DNA of 64,000 nucleotides from Dehalococcoidia bacterium (GTDB lineage Bacteria; Chloroflexota; Dehalococcoidia; Lucifugimonadales; UBA826): NCBI GenBank assembly GCA_045564655.1, contig JBJLGX010000020.1, positions 3,864 to 67,863 of the forward strand, read 5' to 3'. Shown piece by piece: positions 9,157 to 16,922 of this stretch (position 1 is its first letter; each line of letters starts with the position of its first letter). The notes under the pieces were generated by a model. It saw only the letters and a program-made list of their open reading frames with translations, ran no database searches and was not told where the DNA came from. The position numbers and the translations under genes were made by a program.

Positions 9157-9561
9157 CTATAGTGTAGATATGTTACCAGAGTCTTCGAGTGTTTTTCTTA
9201 TTATTTTCTGAGCAGATAGGGCTGCAGGAGCTCCTGCATAGGCAGAACTATGAATTAATATAGACATCAACTCATCTGGAGAAACTCCATTATTTAATGC
9301 TCCTATAGTATGGATAGGTATTTCATGTTCTGCTCCTAGAGCAATTAATATGGATAAGGTTACTATGCTTTTTGTTTTGTCATCCAACCCCTCTCTGGTC
9401 CATACACCTCCCCAATATGTTTCTGTTAAAAATTTTTGAAATGGCTGACTAAAGCTATTGGCATTTTTAAATGAATCATTAACGTAATCTTCTCCAAGGA
9501 CTTGTTTTCTTTTTTTTAATCCGGCTTCAAATTGTTCTTGCATAAAATGCTCCTTAATCAT
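9157..9561 (-). CDS. Carboxymuconolactone decarboxylase (CMD/PcaC-like) family protein
   Basis: WTREGLDDKTKSIVTLSILIALG...EL..HI..ALNNGVS..EL.E.LIHSSAYAGAPAAL is the CMD-family signature. Start may be the Met at 9543. Confidence 0.8.
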   Translation of the reverse strand: MIKEHFMQEQFEAGLKKRKQVLGEDYVNDSFKNANSFSQPFQKFLTETYWGGVWTREGLDDKTKSIVTLSILIALGAEHEIPIHTIGALNNGVSPDELMSILIHSSAYAGAPAALSAQKIIRKTLEDSGNISTL

Positions 9562-9713
9562 ATTCCAATGATTATGTTTAAAAATAATCTCTGTTTTTTC
9601 GATTATTTACGAATGAATTTGTTCTTTTATATAAAAATCAACATAGTTCTGCAAATTTTACAGGTATACTTTGGTAAATAGCGTGTACACCATTGTGATA
9701 ATAAAGCAAGATT

Positions 9714-10868
9714 GTGATATTTAAGGCAAAGAAAAAAATACACAAATCAATAACAACGTCAGCTGATTTAGAAGATTTTTCTAATGAAGCCCGAACTCAT
9801 TCTTGGATAGGCATTGATATAGAGGGAAATGGGTTTTTCAGGTATCCAGAAAGGGTTTGCCTAATACAGATTTCTCTTGGAGATGTCCCGTATATCATTG
9901 ACCCTTTGGCTATAGACAATATGGATCCTTTAGGCCATTTATTAAATGATAATAATATCGTTAAAATACTTCATTCTGGAGATTACGATGTTCGTAGTTT
10001 AAATAGGGATTATGGGTTCACGTTCGAAAATATTTTTGACACGAGCATTGCTGCCGCATTTTTAGGATCCCCAAAATTAGGTTTAGATTCAATTCTTAAA
10101 GAATATATAAACGTTATTGTAAGCAAAGATAAAAATCTTCAAAGAAGTGATTGGACCAATAGGCCATTGTCAAAAGAAGCTATCAAATATGCTGCAGATG
10201 ATGTTAGGTATCTTGGTCAAACTCGGAAAGTTATGACAGATCGGCTAAAAAAATTAAATAGGTATCACTGGGTAGAAGAAGAATTTAATAGATTGTCAAA
10301 AATAAAATTTGAGATTAAGGATGAGAACCAATCATTTTTGAATTTAAAAGGAAGTAATATTTTAACTGAAAAAGAACTTCCGTTATTGAAGAGGCTTTAT
10401 GACCTGAGAGAAGATGAAGCTATTGGCAAAGATAGGCCCCCGTTCAAAATCGTATCGGATTCAGTGTTAGTTTCTATTGCTAAAGACCCTAAATCTGACT
10501 ACATGAATATCAAGGGTATTGGATGGTGGCGAAAACCTGACATGAAAAAGCGCATCAAAGAAATAGTACAGGAATCTAAAGAAGACCCACCTATACGTAG
10601 GCCAAATAAGGTTAAAAGATCTCACCCTTTATCTAATAAAGAAAGAGAAAAAGCTAATATACTTTATAAAGAATTGAGATCATGGAGAAAAGATTTGGGG
10701 GAAGAATTAGGCCTGGATCCTAGCTTATTATGGCCTACACTTAGCTTGAAAAGGCTTTCTAAGGTTCCCGACTCTATTCAGATAGAGTTGGAAGATGCAA
10801 TTGTCAGGAAATGGCAAATCCAAGAATTTGGAAATAACTTAAAAGAGCAGTTAAACAAATCTTCATAA
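9714..10868 (+). CDS. rnd: Ribonuclease D (DEDD 3'-5' exonuclease + HRDC domain)
   Basis: Exo motifs GIDIEGNG, HSGDYDVRSL and YAADDVRYL. Downstream HRDC-like region LYDLREDEAIGKDRPPFKIVSD. GTG start. Confidence 0.8.
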   Translation: MIFKAKKKIHKSITTSADLEDFSNEARTHSWIGIDIEGNGFFRYPERVCLIQISLGDVPYIIDPLAIDNMDPLGHLLNDNNIVKILHSGDYDVRSLNRDYGFTFENIFDTSIAAAFLGSPKLGLDSILKEYINVIVSKDKNLQRSDWTNRPLSKEAIKYAADDVRYLGQTRKVMTDRLKKLNRYHWVEEEFNRLSKIKFEIKDENQSFLNLKGSNILTEKELPLLKRLYDLREDEAIGKDRPPFKIVSDSVLVSIAKDPKSDYMNIKGIGWWRKPDMKKRIKEIVQESKEDPPIRRPNKVKRSHPLSNKEREKANILYKELRSWRKDLGEELGLDPSLLWPTLSLKRLSKVPDSIQIELEDAIVRKWQIQEFGNNLKEQLNKSS

Positions 10869-10880
10869 CCAAAAGTCTCA

Positions 10881-11256
10881 TTGGAGTTTATTGTGTTTGA
10901 TGTCACTATGGTTTGGTACTTACTTTTGATTCAAAGTTTTATAATTTTTGTACTCATAGCTCTTTTATTTAATTATGTTCGGAAATTATCTAAGGTAGAA
11001 TTTGAAAAACGAAGTCAATCAACGTTATATGGGAAAATTTCAGAGCAATTTATACCATTTATGAAGACATATCCTTATGAGAGTAAATCGTTTAGATTTT
11101 TAGGTAGTCCAATAGATGGGGTACAATTTGAAGAAGATAAGATTATATTGATTGAATTTAAATCAGCCGGTGGGTAAGTTGTCCAAGAGACAAAGAGAAA
11201 TCAGAGATCTCGTAGCCCAAAATAAGGTTGTTTTCCAAGAGATTAAAATTAACTAA
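10881..11256 (+). pseudogene. Endonuc-Holl (archaeal Holliday-junction-resolvase-related) family protein, interrupted by a 1-nt frameshift
   Basis: The track ORF ends ...FRFLGSPIDGVQFEEDKIILIEFKSAGG* at 11177. The +1 frame (11176..11256) continues KLSKRQREIRDLVAQNKVVFQEIKIN*. Together these give the family pattern F(I/L)G.P(I/V)D...F....I.(I/F)E.K(S/T)G...LS..Q..I. A likely true start is the Met at 10908. Confidence 0.6.
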
Positions 11257-11265
11257 AGGATAATT

Positions 11266-12366
11266 ATGAGTAATTTATTTTCGCCAATAAAAATTAGAGA
11301 AGAAAATATTAGAAATAGGGTTTTTGTATCTCCTATGTGTCAATATTCTGCAGATGACCGTGATGGCATGCCTGACAACTGGCATCTGGTCCATTTAGGG
11401 ACTCGGGCTGTTGGGGGAGCAGGCTTAGTAATGGTTGAAGCTACAGGTGTTTCTCCTGAAGGTAGAATATCTCCTCAAGATACAGGAATTTGGTCTGATG
11501 ACCATATTCCGGCATATCGCCCTATCACACAATTTTTATCAGAATATTCGGCAACACCAGCGATTCAATTAGCTCATGCAGGTAGAAAAGCCTCCCACAA
11601 TCAGCCTTGGAACGGTGGAACACTGGTTTCCGCAGATGATGGGGGATGGCAATCTGTTGCTCCTAGTTCGGTAGCATTTGGTGAAGGATTTGCAGTCCCT
11701 AGCGAACTTTCTCTTGAAGATATATCTGGAATCATTATGGATTTCGCGTCTGCAGCTAAGAGATCTGTTGAGGCTGGATTTAAAGTTATAGAGTTACATT
11801 TTGCTCACGGGTATTTAGCTTCTACTTTTATGTCACCTCTTTCAAATACTAGAAAAGATAAATATGGTGGATCATTGGAAAATAGATGTAGATTTGCTAT
11901 TGATATTGCTTCTGCAGTAAGGAATGTTATACCGGAATCTATGCCATTGTTTGCACGTATTTCAGCATCTGAGTATATGGCTGGAGGCTGGGATATTAGT
12001 GATGCAATAGAATTATCTGGATGGCTTAAAGATCAAGGTGTTGATCTCATTGATTGTTCTTCTGGAGGTATTTCTCAAGGCCAACAGATTGATACATTCC
12101 CCGGCTATCAAGTCCCTTTTGCTTCAAAGATAAGATCGGAAGTAGACGTATTGACTGGAGCGGTAGGACTGATTAGAGATTCAGCTCAAGCAGAACAAAC
12201 TTTGCGTAATGGTGATGCGGACGTTATATTGCTTGGAAGAGAATTATTAAGAAACCCTTATTGGGCTTTGTATGCACGAGAGGAGTTAGATAGAACTACA
12301 GATTTATGGCCTGCCCAGTATTTTAAATCATATACTGATACATATTCTGGAGTTCCACCTAGGTAG
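11266..12366 (+). CDS. namA: NADH:flavin oxidoreductase, Old Yellow Enzyme family (YqjM/NamA-like)
   Basis: SPMCQYSA, HLGTRAVGGAGLVMVEATGVSPEGR, HAGRKAS, ELHFAHGYL, GRELLRNPYW. Confidence 0.9.
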   Translation: MSNLFSPIKIREENIRNRVFVSPMCQYSADDRDGMPDNWHLVHLGTRAVGGAGLVMVEATGVSPEGRISPQDTGIWSDDHIPAYRPITQFLSEYSATPAIQLAHAGRKASHNQPWNGGTLVSADDGGWQSVAPSSVAFGEGFAVPSELSLEDISGIIMDFASAAKRSVEAGFKVIELHFAHGYLASTFMSPLSNTRKDKYGGSLENRCRFAIDIASAVRNVIPESMPLFARISASEYMAGGWDISDAIELSGWLKDQGVDLIDCSSGGISQGQQIDTFPGYQVPFASKIRSEVDVLTGAVGLIRDSAQAEQTLRNGDADVILLGRELLRNPYWALYAREELDRTTDLWPAQYFKSYTDTYSGVPPR

Positions 12367-12377
12367 GTAAAAATTTT

Positions 12378-12866
12378 ATGAATGATGAACTATTAAAATT
12401 ATCAAATCAAATTGCTGATATTTTAAAAAAATCAAATCACACTGTAGCTGTTTCTGAGTCATCGTCAGGCGGTTTAATTTCTGCTCATCTTTTGGCTATT
12501 CCGGGAGCTTCCGCATACTTTATAGGATCTGCTGTTTTGTATACAAGGAAAGCATCTGAAGCCTTCATAAATGTTACTGATGATGATCTTGTGGGTATCA
12601 GATCAGCTACAAAAGAGTATGCTTTATTCAATGCCCGTAGGGTAAAAGAAATGCTTGGTACGACTTGGGGTATTGCTGAAACAGGAGCATCTGGACCTAC
12701 TGGTAATAGATATGGAGATCCCGCTGGTCATTCTGCCATAGCAATTTCGGGTCCAGTAGAGGAATCAATCACCATTAGTACAAATAATTCTGATCGTGAA
12801 CTTAATATGATTGATTTCACTAAGAAGACATTTGAGGAATTTATTTCTGTTATATCAACTGATTAA
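12378..12866 (+). CDS. CinA C-terminal domain / nicotinamide-nucleotide amidase (PncC-like)
   Basis: VAVSESSSGGLI (the ESxTGG-type motif), GSAVLYTRKASE, ETGASGPTG. Confidence 0.8.
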   Translation: MNDELLKLSNQIADILKKSNHTVAVSESSSGGLISAHLLAIPGASAYFIGSAVLYTRKASEAFINVTDDDLVGIRSATKEYALFNARRVKEMLGTTWGIAETGASGPTGNRYGDPAGHSAIAISGPVEESITISTNNSDRELNMIDFTKKTFEEFISVISTD

Positions 12867-12944
12867 AGTCCATCAAGTTTGACAGATCTTTTAAGTACTC
12901 TATAAAATCGTTACACTAATTTAATTTAATTTAGGAGTGTAATA

Positions 12945-13136
12945 ATGGCTAATTACAGTTGTGAACAAGGTTGCGAAATGGAAGTTAATTTAACATGCGG
13001 CAAGTGTGGTGAAGAACTTTCTCATGTAACAATTGAAAAAGAAGATGGTACTTCCGTGGGTGTTGCTCAATGCTCTAAAGGATGTGGCAAGGTAAAATCT
13101 CCACTTTGTTGTGGAACTGATATGGCTGCTGCTTAG
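12945..13136 (+). CDS. Small Cys-rich protein (63 aa, 8 Cys), putative metal-binding, function unknown
   Basis: Cys spacing CxxxC-x7-CxxC ... CxxxC-x7-CC. AGGAG RBS upstream and a strong terminator directly downstream. Confidence 0.5.
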   Translation: MANYSCEQGCEMEVNLTCGKCGEELSHVTIEKEDGTSVGVAQCSKGCGKVKSPLCCGTDMAAA

Positions 13137-13154
13137 TTAACATTTTCAACTTAT

Positions 13155-13187
13155 AAAAGGTAAGTAACTATAATTACTTACCTTTTT
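13155..13187 (+). terminator. Rho-independent terminator
   Basis: aaaaGGTAAGTAA ctataa TTACTTACCttttt: a perfect 9-bp stem plus A/T extension, followed by a T-run. Confidence 0.7.
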
Positions 13188-13203
13188 GATTAAGGTATAA
13201 AAT

Positions 13204-13680
13204 ATGTTCGCTTGGATTAATCAATATTCTTATGTCCTTATTGCGATCGTATTAATGATTCTTATTGGAATTGGTGCGACTAGAATATTTTCTTGGAAAG
13301 TATCGATTCTGATCCTAGTGGTTTTACTCATCGCATTTACTGTTTTTTTGAAATCTCAATCTATAAATAACGATCAGGTAAAGATAAGATCTGAATGGGA
13401 TACTATTTTGAGATCTAATTCTCCTGTTGTTTTGCAATTATATTCCGAGTATTGAATAGCGTGTATATCAATGAAACCTGCCGTGGACAGGTTAGAAAAG
13501 GAACTTTCTGGAAAAGTAACAATTGTTAGACTAGATGTTATGTCTGATTTAGGGAATGATTTGAAGAATGAATATGAAGTACCTATTATTCCGACTTTTA
13601 TATTTTTTGAAAAAGGTAAAGAAATCAGGAGAATACACAGAGTGCCTACATATCAAGAGCTTATAAGCTTATCCCAATGA
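13204..13680 (+). CDS. Candidate selenoprotein: membrane-anchored thioredoxin-fold protein with a UxxC motif (in-frame TGA at 13453-13455)
   Basis: The two track ORFs share one frame (offset 267 nt) and are separated only by TGA plus 5 sense codons. The joined product has 2 TM helices, then VVLQLYSEY-U-IAC-ISMKPAVDRLEKEL...VPIIPTFIFFEKGKE. This matches beta1-(W)CxxC-alpha1 and the cis-Pro PT loop of thioredoxins. Confidence 0.55.
13475..13493 (+). promoter_or_regulatory. Candidate bacterial SECIS-like hairpin 3' of the in-frame UGA
   Basis: AACCUG-ccgugga-CAGGUU forms a 6-bp stem. It can extend inward across a C.A mismatch to a C-G pair closing a GUG loop. The stem begins 20 nt after the UGA. 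Confidence 0.3.
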
Positions 13681-13734
13681 TCTGTTACTATTTACCTTCC
13701 ATATATTGGAGAATTATATGAAAAATAGAATTAT

Positions 13735-14712
13735 ATGAAAAATAAAGTCTACGTTACAAACAGTGCTGCAGTGCATGCAATAGCTAATCTTCGAGAACAT
13801 TTTGATGTAGAAGTTTGGGAAGAATTTGGTTCGCCTCCTAGAGATGTGTTACTTGAAAAAAGTAAAATATTTGACGGCATGATGATTGAATCTGATTGCA
13901 GATTTGATGAGGAACTTTTCAAATCTTCTGGCAATCTTAAAGTTGTAGGAACAAGGGCAGTAGGATATGACAATATAGATGTTGAATCTGCAACACGACA
14001 TGGAGTTGCTATAGGAAACACACCGGGTATCCTTCATGAATCTTGTGCAGATTTCACATTTGCTCTTATTTTATCTTTAGCTAGGAAAATATCTTATTCT
14101 AATCGTAAAATTATTAATGGAGATTGGAAAATATTTAATCAATTGCCATACTTAGGGTCAGATGTGCATGGTAAGACATTAGGACTTATAGGGCTTGGAA
14201 CTATAGGAGCAGCTGTTGCTAAAAGAGCTCAAGGATTCGATATGAATGTCATCTACTCTTCCAGGACTAGAAAGCCTCATTATGAAAAAGAATATTCGAT
14301 TGAATGGATTCCTGATATGGGAGATCTTTTATCCAGATCAGACTATGTTTCAATACATGTAGCTTTAACTGAAGATACCAAGAACTTGATTGGATTTGAT
14401 CAGATATCTAAAATGAAAGAAAGTTCTTTTCTGATTAATACTTCTAGAGGGGGCACTTTAGATCAAGATGCCCTTACAAAAGCTCTAGAAGAAAATATTA
14501 TTGCAGGAGCAGCATTAGATGTTACTGTCCCAGAGCCAATTGACCCTAATCATCCATTAGTTCACATGGATAATGTAGTAATGACTCCTCATATCGCGAG
14601 TGCTAGTTCAGAAACATATACAAACATGAGCTTAATGGCTGCTGATAATATAATTAGTTTTTTTCAAGGTACAAATATGCCTTCATGTTTGAATCCAGAG
14701 GTTCTAAAATAA
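13735..14712 (+). CDS. D-isomer-specific 2-hydroxyacid dehydrogenase (glyoxylate/hydroxypyruvate reductase-like)
   Basis: GLIGLGTIGAAVAKRA (GxGxxG), NTSRGG..D, and MTPHIASAS with the catalytic His. Confidence 0.85.
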   Translation: MKNKVYVTNSAAVHAIANLREHFDVEVWEEFGSPPRDVLLEKSKIFDGMMIESDCRFDEELFKSSGNLKVVGTRAVGYDNIDVESATRHGVAIGNTPGILHESCADFTFALILSLARKISYSNRKIINGDWKIFNQLPYLGSDVHGKTLGLIGLGTIGAAVAKRAQGFDMNVIYSSRTRKPHYEKEYSIEWIPDMGDLLSRSDYVSIHVALTEDTKNLIGFDQISKMKESSFLINTSRGGTLDQDALTKALEENIIAGAALDVTVPEPIDPNHPLVHMDNVVMTPHIASASSETYTNMSLMAADNIISFFQGTNMPSCLNPEVLK

Positions 14713-14734
14713 TTATTGGCAAGTAAATATATTT

Positions 14735-15634
14735 ATGATTAATATAAAACACTCACTTGTAATAACGGTGTTGTTAACTAGTTTGCTGGTTATTGCATGT
14801 TCTTTTTTGGGCGAAGATGAAAAAGATTTGCCTTCAATTTATTTTATAGAGACCCCATTGGCTATTCCAAGCCCAGTTCTTACACCAACCCCAGTTTCTG
14901 CCTCTACCCCCATACCTATTATTATCCCTACCCCTCAAGTAATTACAGCAGATGACTTAATATACGAGGTTAAGAGAACAATGTCTTCTGTATATTCATA
15001 TCAGTATGATTTAGAGGCAGATGTATTTATGGATGCTGGCGGAATTGTACTTCCTGTAAATATGACTGGTAACGGAATAATTGAAGAGTATGCAGCAAAT
15101 AATTATTTTTCAACAGGATTATTGGGAGTTATTACAGAAAGATATTATTTGCAAGATTCGTATAATCAAAACCCTACATATATTGTTGTTAAAGACAAAG
15201 TGTCAGGAGCCTGGGAACCATCTAATGGAACCCCAATAGGGATACTTCCTGTTGATTTTTGGAAAGATACAGGGATTAAATTATTAGATTTAGAATTTGA
15301 TTATTCTGAGAAATCTTATTCTGCAGATAACAATATCATCACATTGATTTCAGATGATTCTAAGGCTAGTTCTTTATTAGAACTTTTAGGTGCGTATAAC
15401 TTTGAAGATATTATATTAACAAATTTAAATTTAGAAATAGATATCATAAAAAACAGTCTCTATGTTGACGCTATCAGGGCAGGGTTTGCTATCTCTAATG
15501 GTGGAGAATTTATATCTGAAGTACTCGGGTTACCAGCATTGTCTGAAATAGGCGCAGCTGAAGTTTTAATTGAAATTAAATTCTCAGATATAGATCAGGC
15601 ACGAGTTACAGATAGAATTATATATACAAAGTAA
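14735..15634 (+). CDS. Putative lipoprotein, function unknown
   Basis: Signal peptide with a lipobox-like LVIAC, a Pro/Thr-rich linker (PSPVLTPTPVSASTPIPIIIPTP), then a domain of about 220 aa with no motif I recognise. Confidence 0.5.
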   Translation: MINIKHSLVITVLLTSLLVIACSFLGEDEKDLPSIYFIETPLAIPSPVLTPTPVSASTPIPIIIPTPQVITADDLIYEVKRTMSSVYSYQYDLEADVFMDAGGIVLPVNMTGNGIIEEYAANNYFSTGLLGVITERYYLQDSYNQNPTYIVVKDKVSGAWEPSNGTPIGILPVDFWKDTGIKLLDLEFDYSEKSYSADNNIITLISDDSKASSLLELLGAYNFEDIILTNLNLEIDIIKNSLYVDAIRAGFAISNGGEFISEVLGLPALSEIGAAEVLIEIKFSDIDQARVTDRIIYTK

Positions 15635-15640
15635 ATAATT

Positions 15641-16552
15641 CTATCGTGGTCCTACGGTAGTTCCCTTCACTGCAAGTCTTATTTTATATAAACCGGTCCG
15701 AGCAGTTATGAATAGAGTTGAACCGTCTTCTCCCCAAGCACAGTTAGCTGGAATCTCAGGAAGTAAAATTCGACCTAATAGTTTCCCTTTTTCTAATTTT
15801 TCAGATGGTGCAAATACCCATATGCCTCCAGGACCTGTTGAATATATTCGGCCATCTGTGTCTACTTTAATTCCGTCTGCTGTTCCTTCTTCACCTATGT
15901 CTAGATCAGCAAATTGTTTTACTGATTTTGGGCGACCTTCTGAATCAAGCGAATATATGTTGATAAATTTATTCATTGAATCTGTTACATAGAGACGTTT
16001 TTCATCAGGAGAAAACGCAATACCATTAGGAGCTTCCAAGTTATCTATTAATAATTCTAAATCTTCTCCATTTGTCCTAACCCTATAGACACCATTAAAA
16101 GGTAACTCTTTCCCTTGTTTCATTTGAGGAAGTCCATAAGGGGGATCAGTGAAATAAACAAACCCATCAGATTTAACAACTACGTCATTAGGGCTATTAA
16201 GTCTTTTTTCACGGTATCTTGTCGCTATAGGAAGTATCTCCCCGCTTAATGTTGTTACCGACACTCTTCGTGTGCTGTGTTCGCATGCAATCAAGTTACC
16301 GTCTAAGTCCAATGTTAGTCCATTTGAATTTCCGCTTGGATATCTAAATGTAGATATATTAGGACCTTCTTCTGATACTGAGTGGTATGCAATTCTATTA
16401 TTCGGTATATCAGAAAATAACAGACCTTTATCTCTCCAAAGAGGTCCTTCGACAAAAGCAAAACCAGTTGCTATATACTCAACTAAAGAATCTTTATTAA
16501 GTATTTCTCTAAATCCACTTTGTTTTATATCAAAACCTTCTACAGTGGTCAT
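15641..16552 (-). CDS. SMP-30/gluconolactonase/LRE-family lactonase
   Basis: EGPLW, SNGLTLD, NDVVVKSDG.VYFTDP, PNGIAFSPDEK.LYV: a six-bladed propeller lactonase pattern. Confidence 0.85.
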   Translation of the reverse strand: MTTVEGFDIKQSGFREILNKDSLVEYIATGFAFVEGPLWRDKGLLFSDIPNNRIAYHSVSEEGPNISTFRYPSGNSNGLTLDLDGNLIACEHSTRRVSVTTLSGEILPIATRYREKRLNSPNDVVVKSDGFVYFTDPPYGLPQMKQGKELPFNGVYRVRTNGEDLELLIDNLEAPNGIAFSPDEKRLYVTDSMNKFINIYSLDSEGRPKSVKQFADLDIGEEGTADGIKVDTDGRIYSTGPGGIWVFAPSEKLEKGKLLGRILLPEIPANCAWGEDGSTLFITARTGLYKIRLAVKGTTVGPR

Positions 16553-16571
16553 GTTATCTCCTAATATTTAA

Positions 16572-16907
16572 TTATTCGTCACCCATGATAGCAGGGTCAA
16601 TCATTTCAAAAAATTCTATATAATCATGTTCGACGAGGGGGCGATATTTTTTCCCAGCCTCTATAGCTTCAGCTGGGATATCGTTACCAGATCTTGCTGG
16701 AGACATAATTTTATCATCTGTCCACTCTAATATGACAATATATTGTTCTCCGGGTAACGTTTTTTCATTAAATGATACTGTGAAATCACTTCGTTGACCT
16801 GCATCTCTATATATTTTAGTTTGTTTATATACTAATTCAGCTACTTTTTTGGCGGCACCGGGCTCTCTAGTTATTGCAAATGTTCTTCGTATTTTGTACA
16901 TCATCAT
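16572..16907 (-). CDS. Hypothetical protein (111 aa) embedded in the sugar-acid operon
   Basis: Intact ORF packed between the lactonase (19-nt gap) and the kinase (15-nt gap). No recognisable motif. Confidence 0.4.
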   Translation of the reverse strand: MMMYKIRRTFAITREPGAAKKVAELVYKQTKIYRDAGQRSDFTVSFNEKTLPGEQYIVILEWTDDKIMSPARSGNDIPAEAIEAGKKYRPLVEHDYIEFFEMIDPAIMGDE

Positions 16908-16922
16908 TCCTTTATTTATATA

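Noticed and set aside
13453..13455. Genome-wide UGA reassignment (code 4 Trp or code 25 Gly) as the explanation for the in-frame TGA
   Set aside because: Other genes in the window end at TGA with normal family-typical lengths (for example MFS 22363..23661, and the Trx-like gene's own end at 13678-13680). No other gene needs TGA read-through. The position coincides with a catalytic Cys, not a Trp or Gly column.
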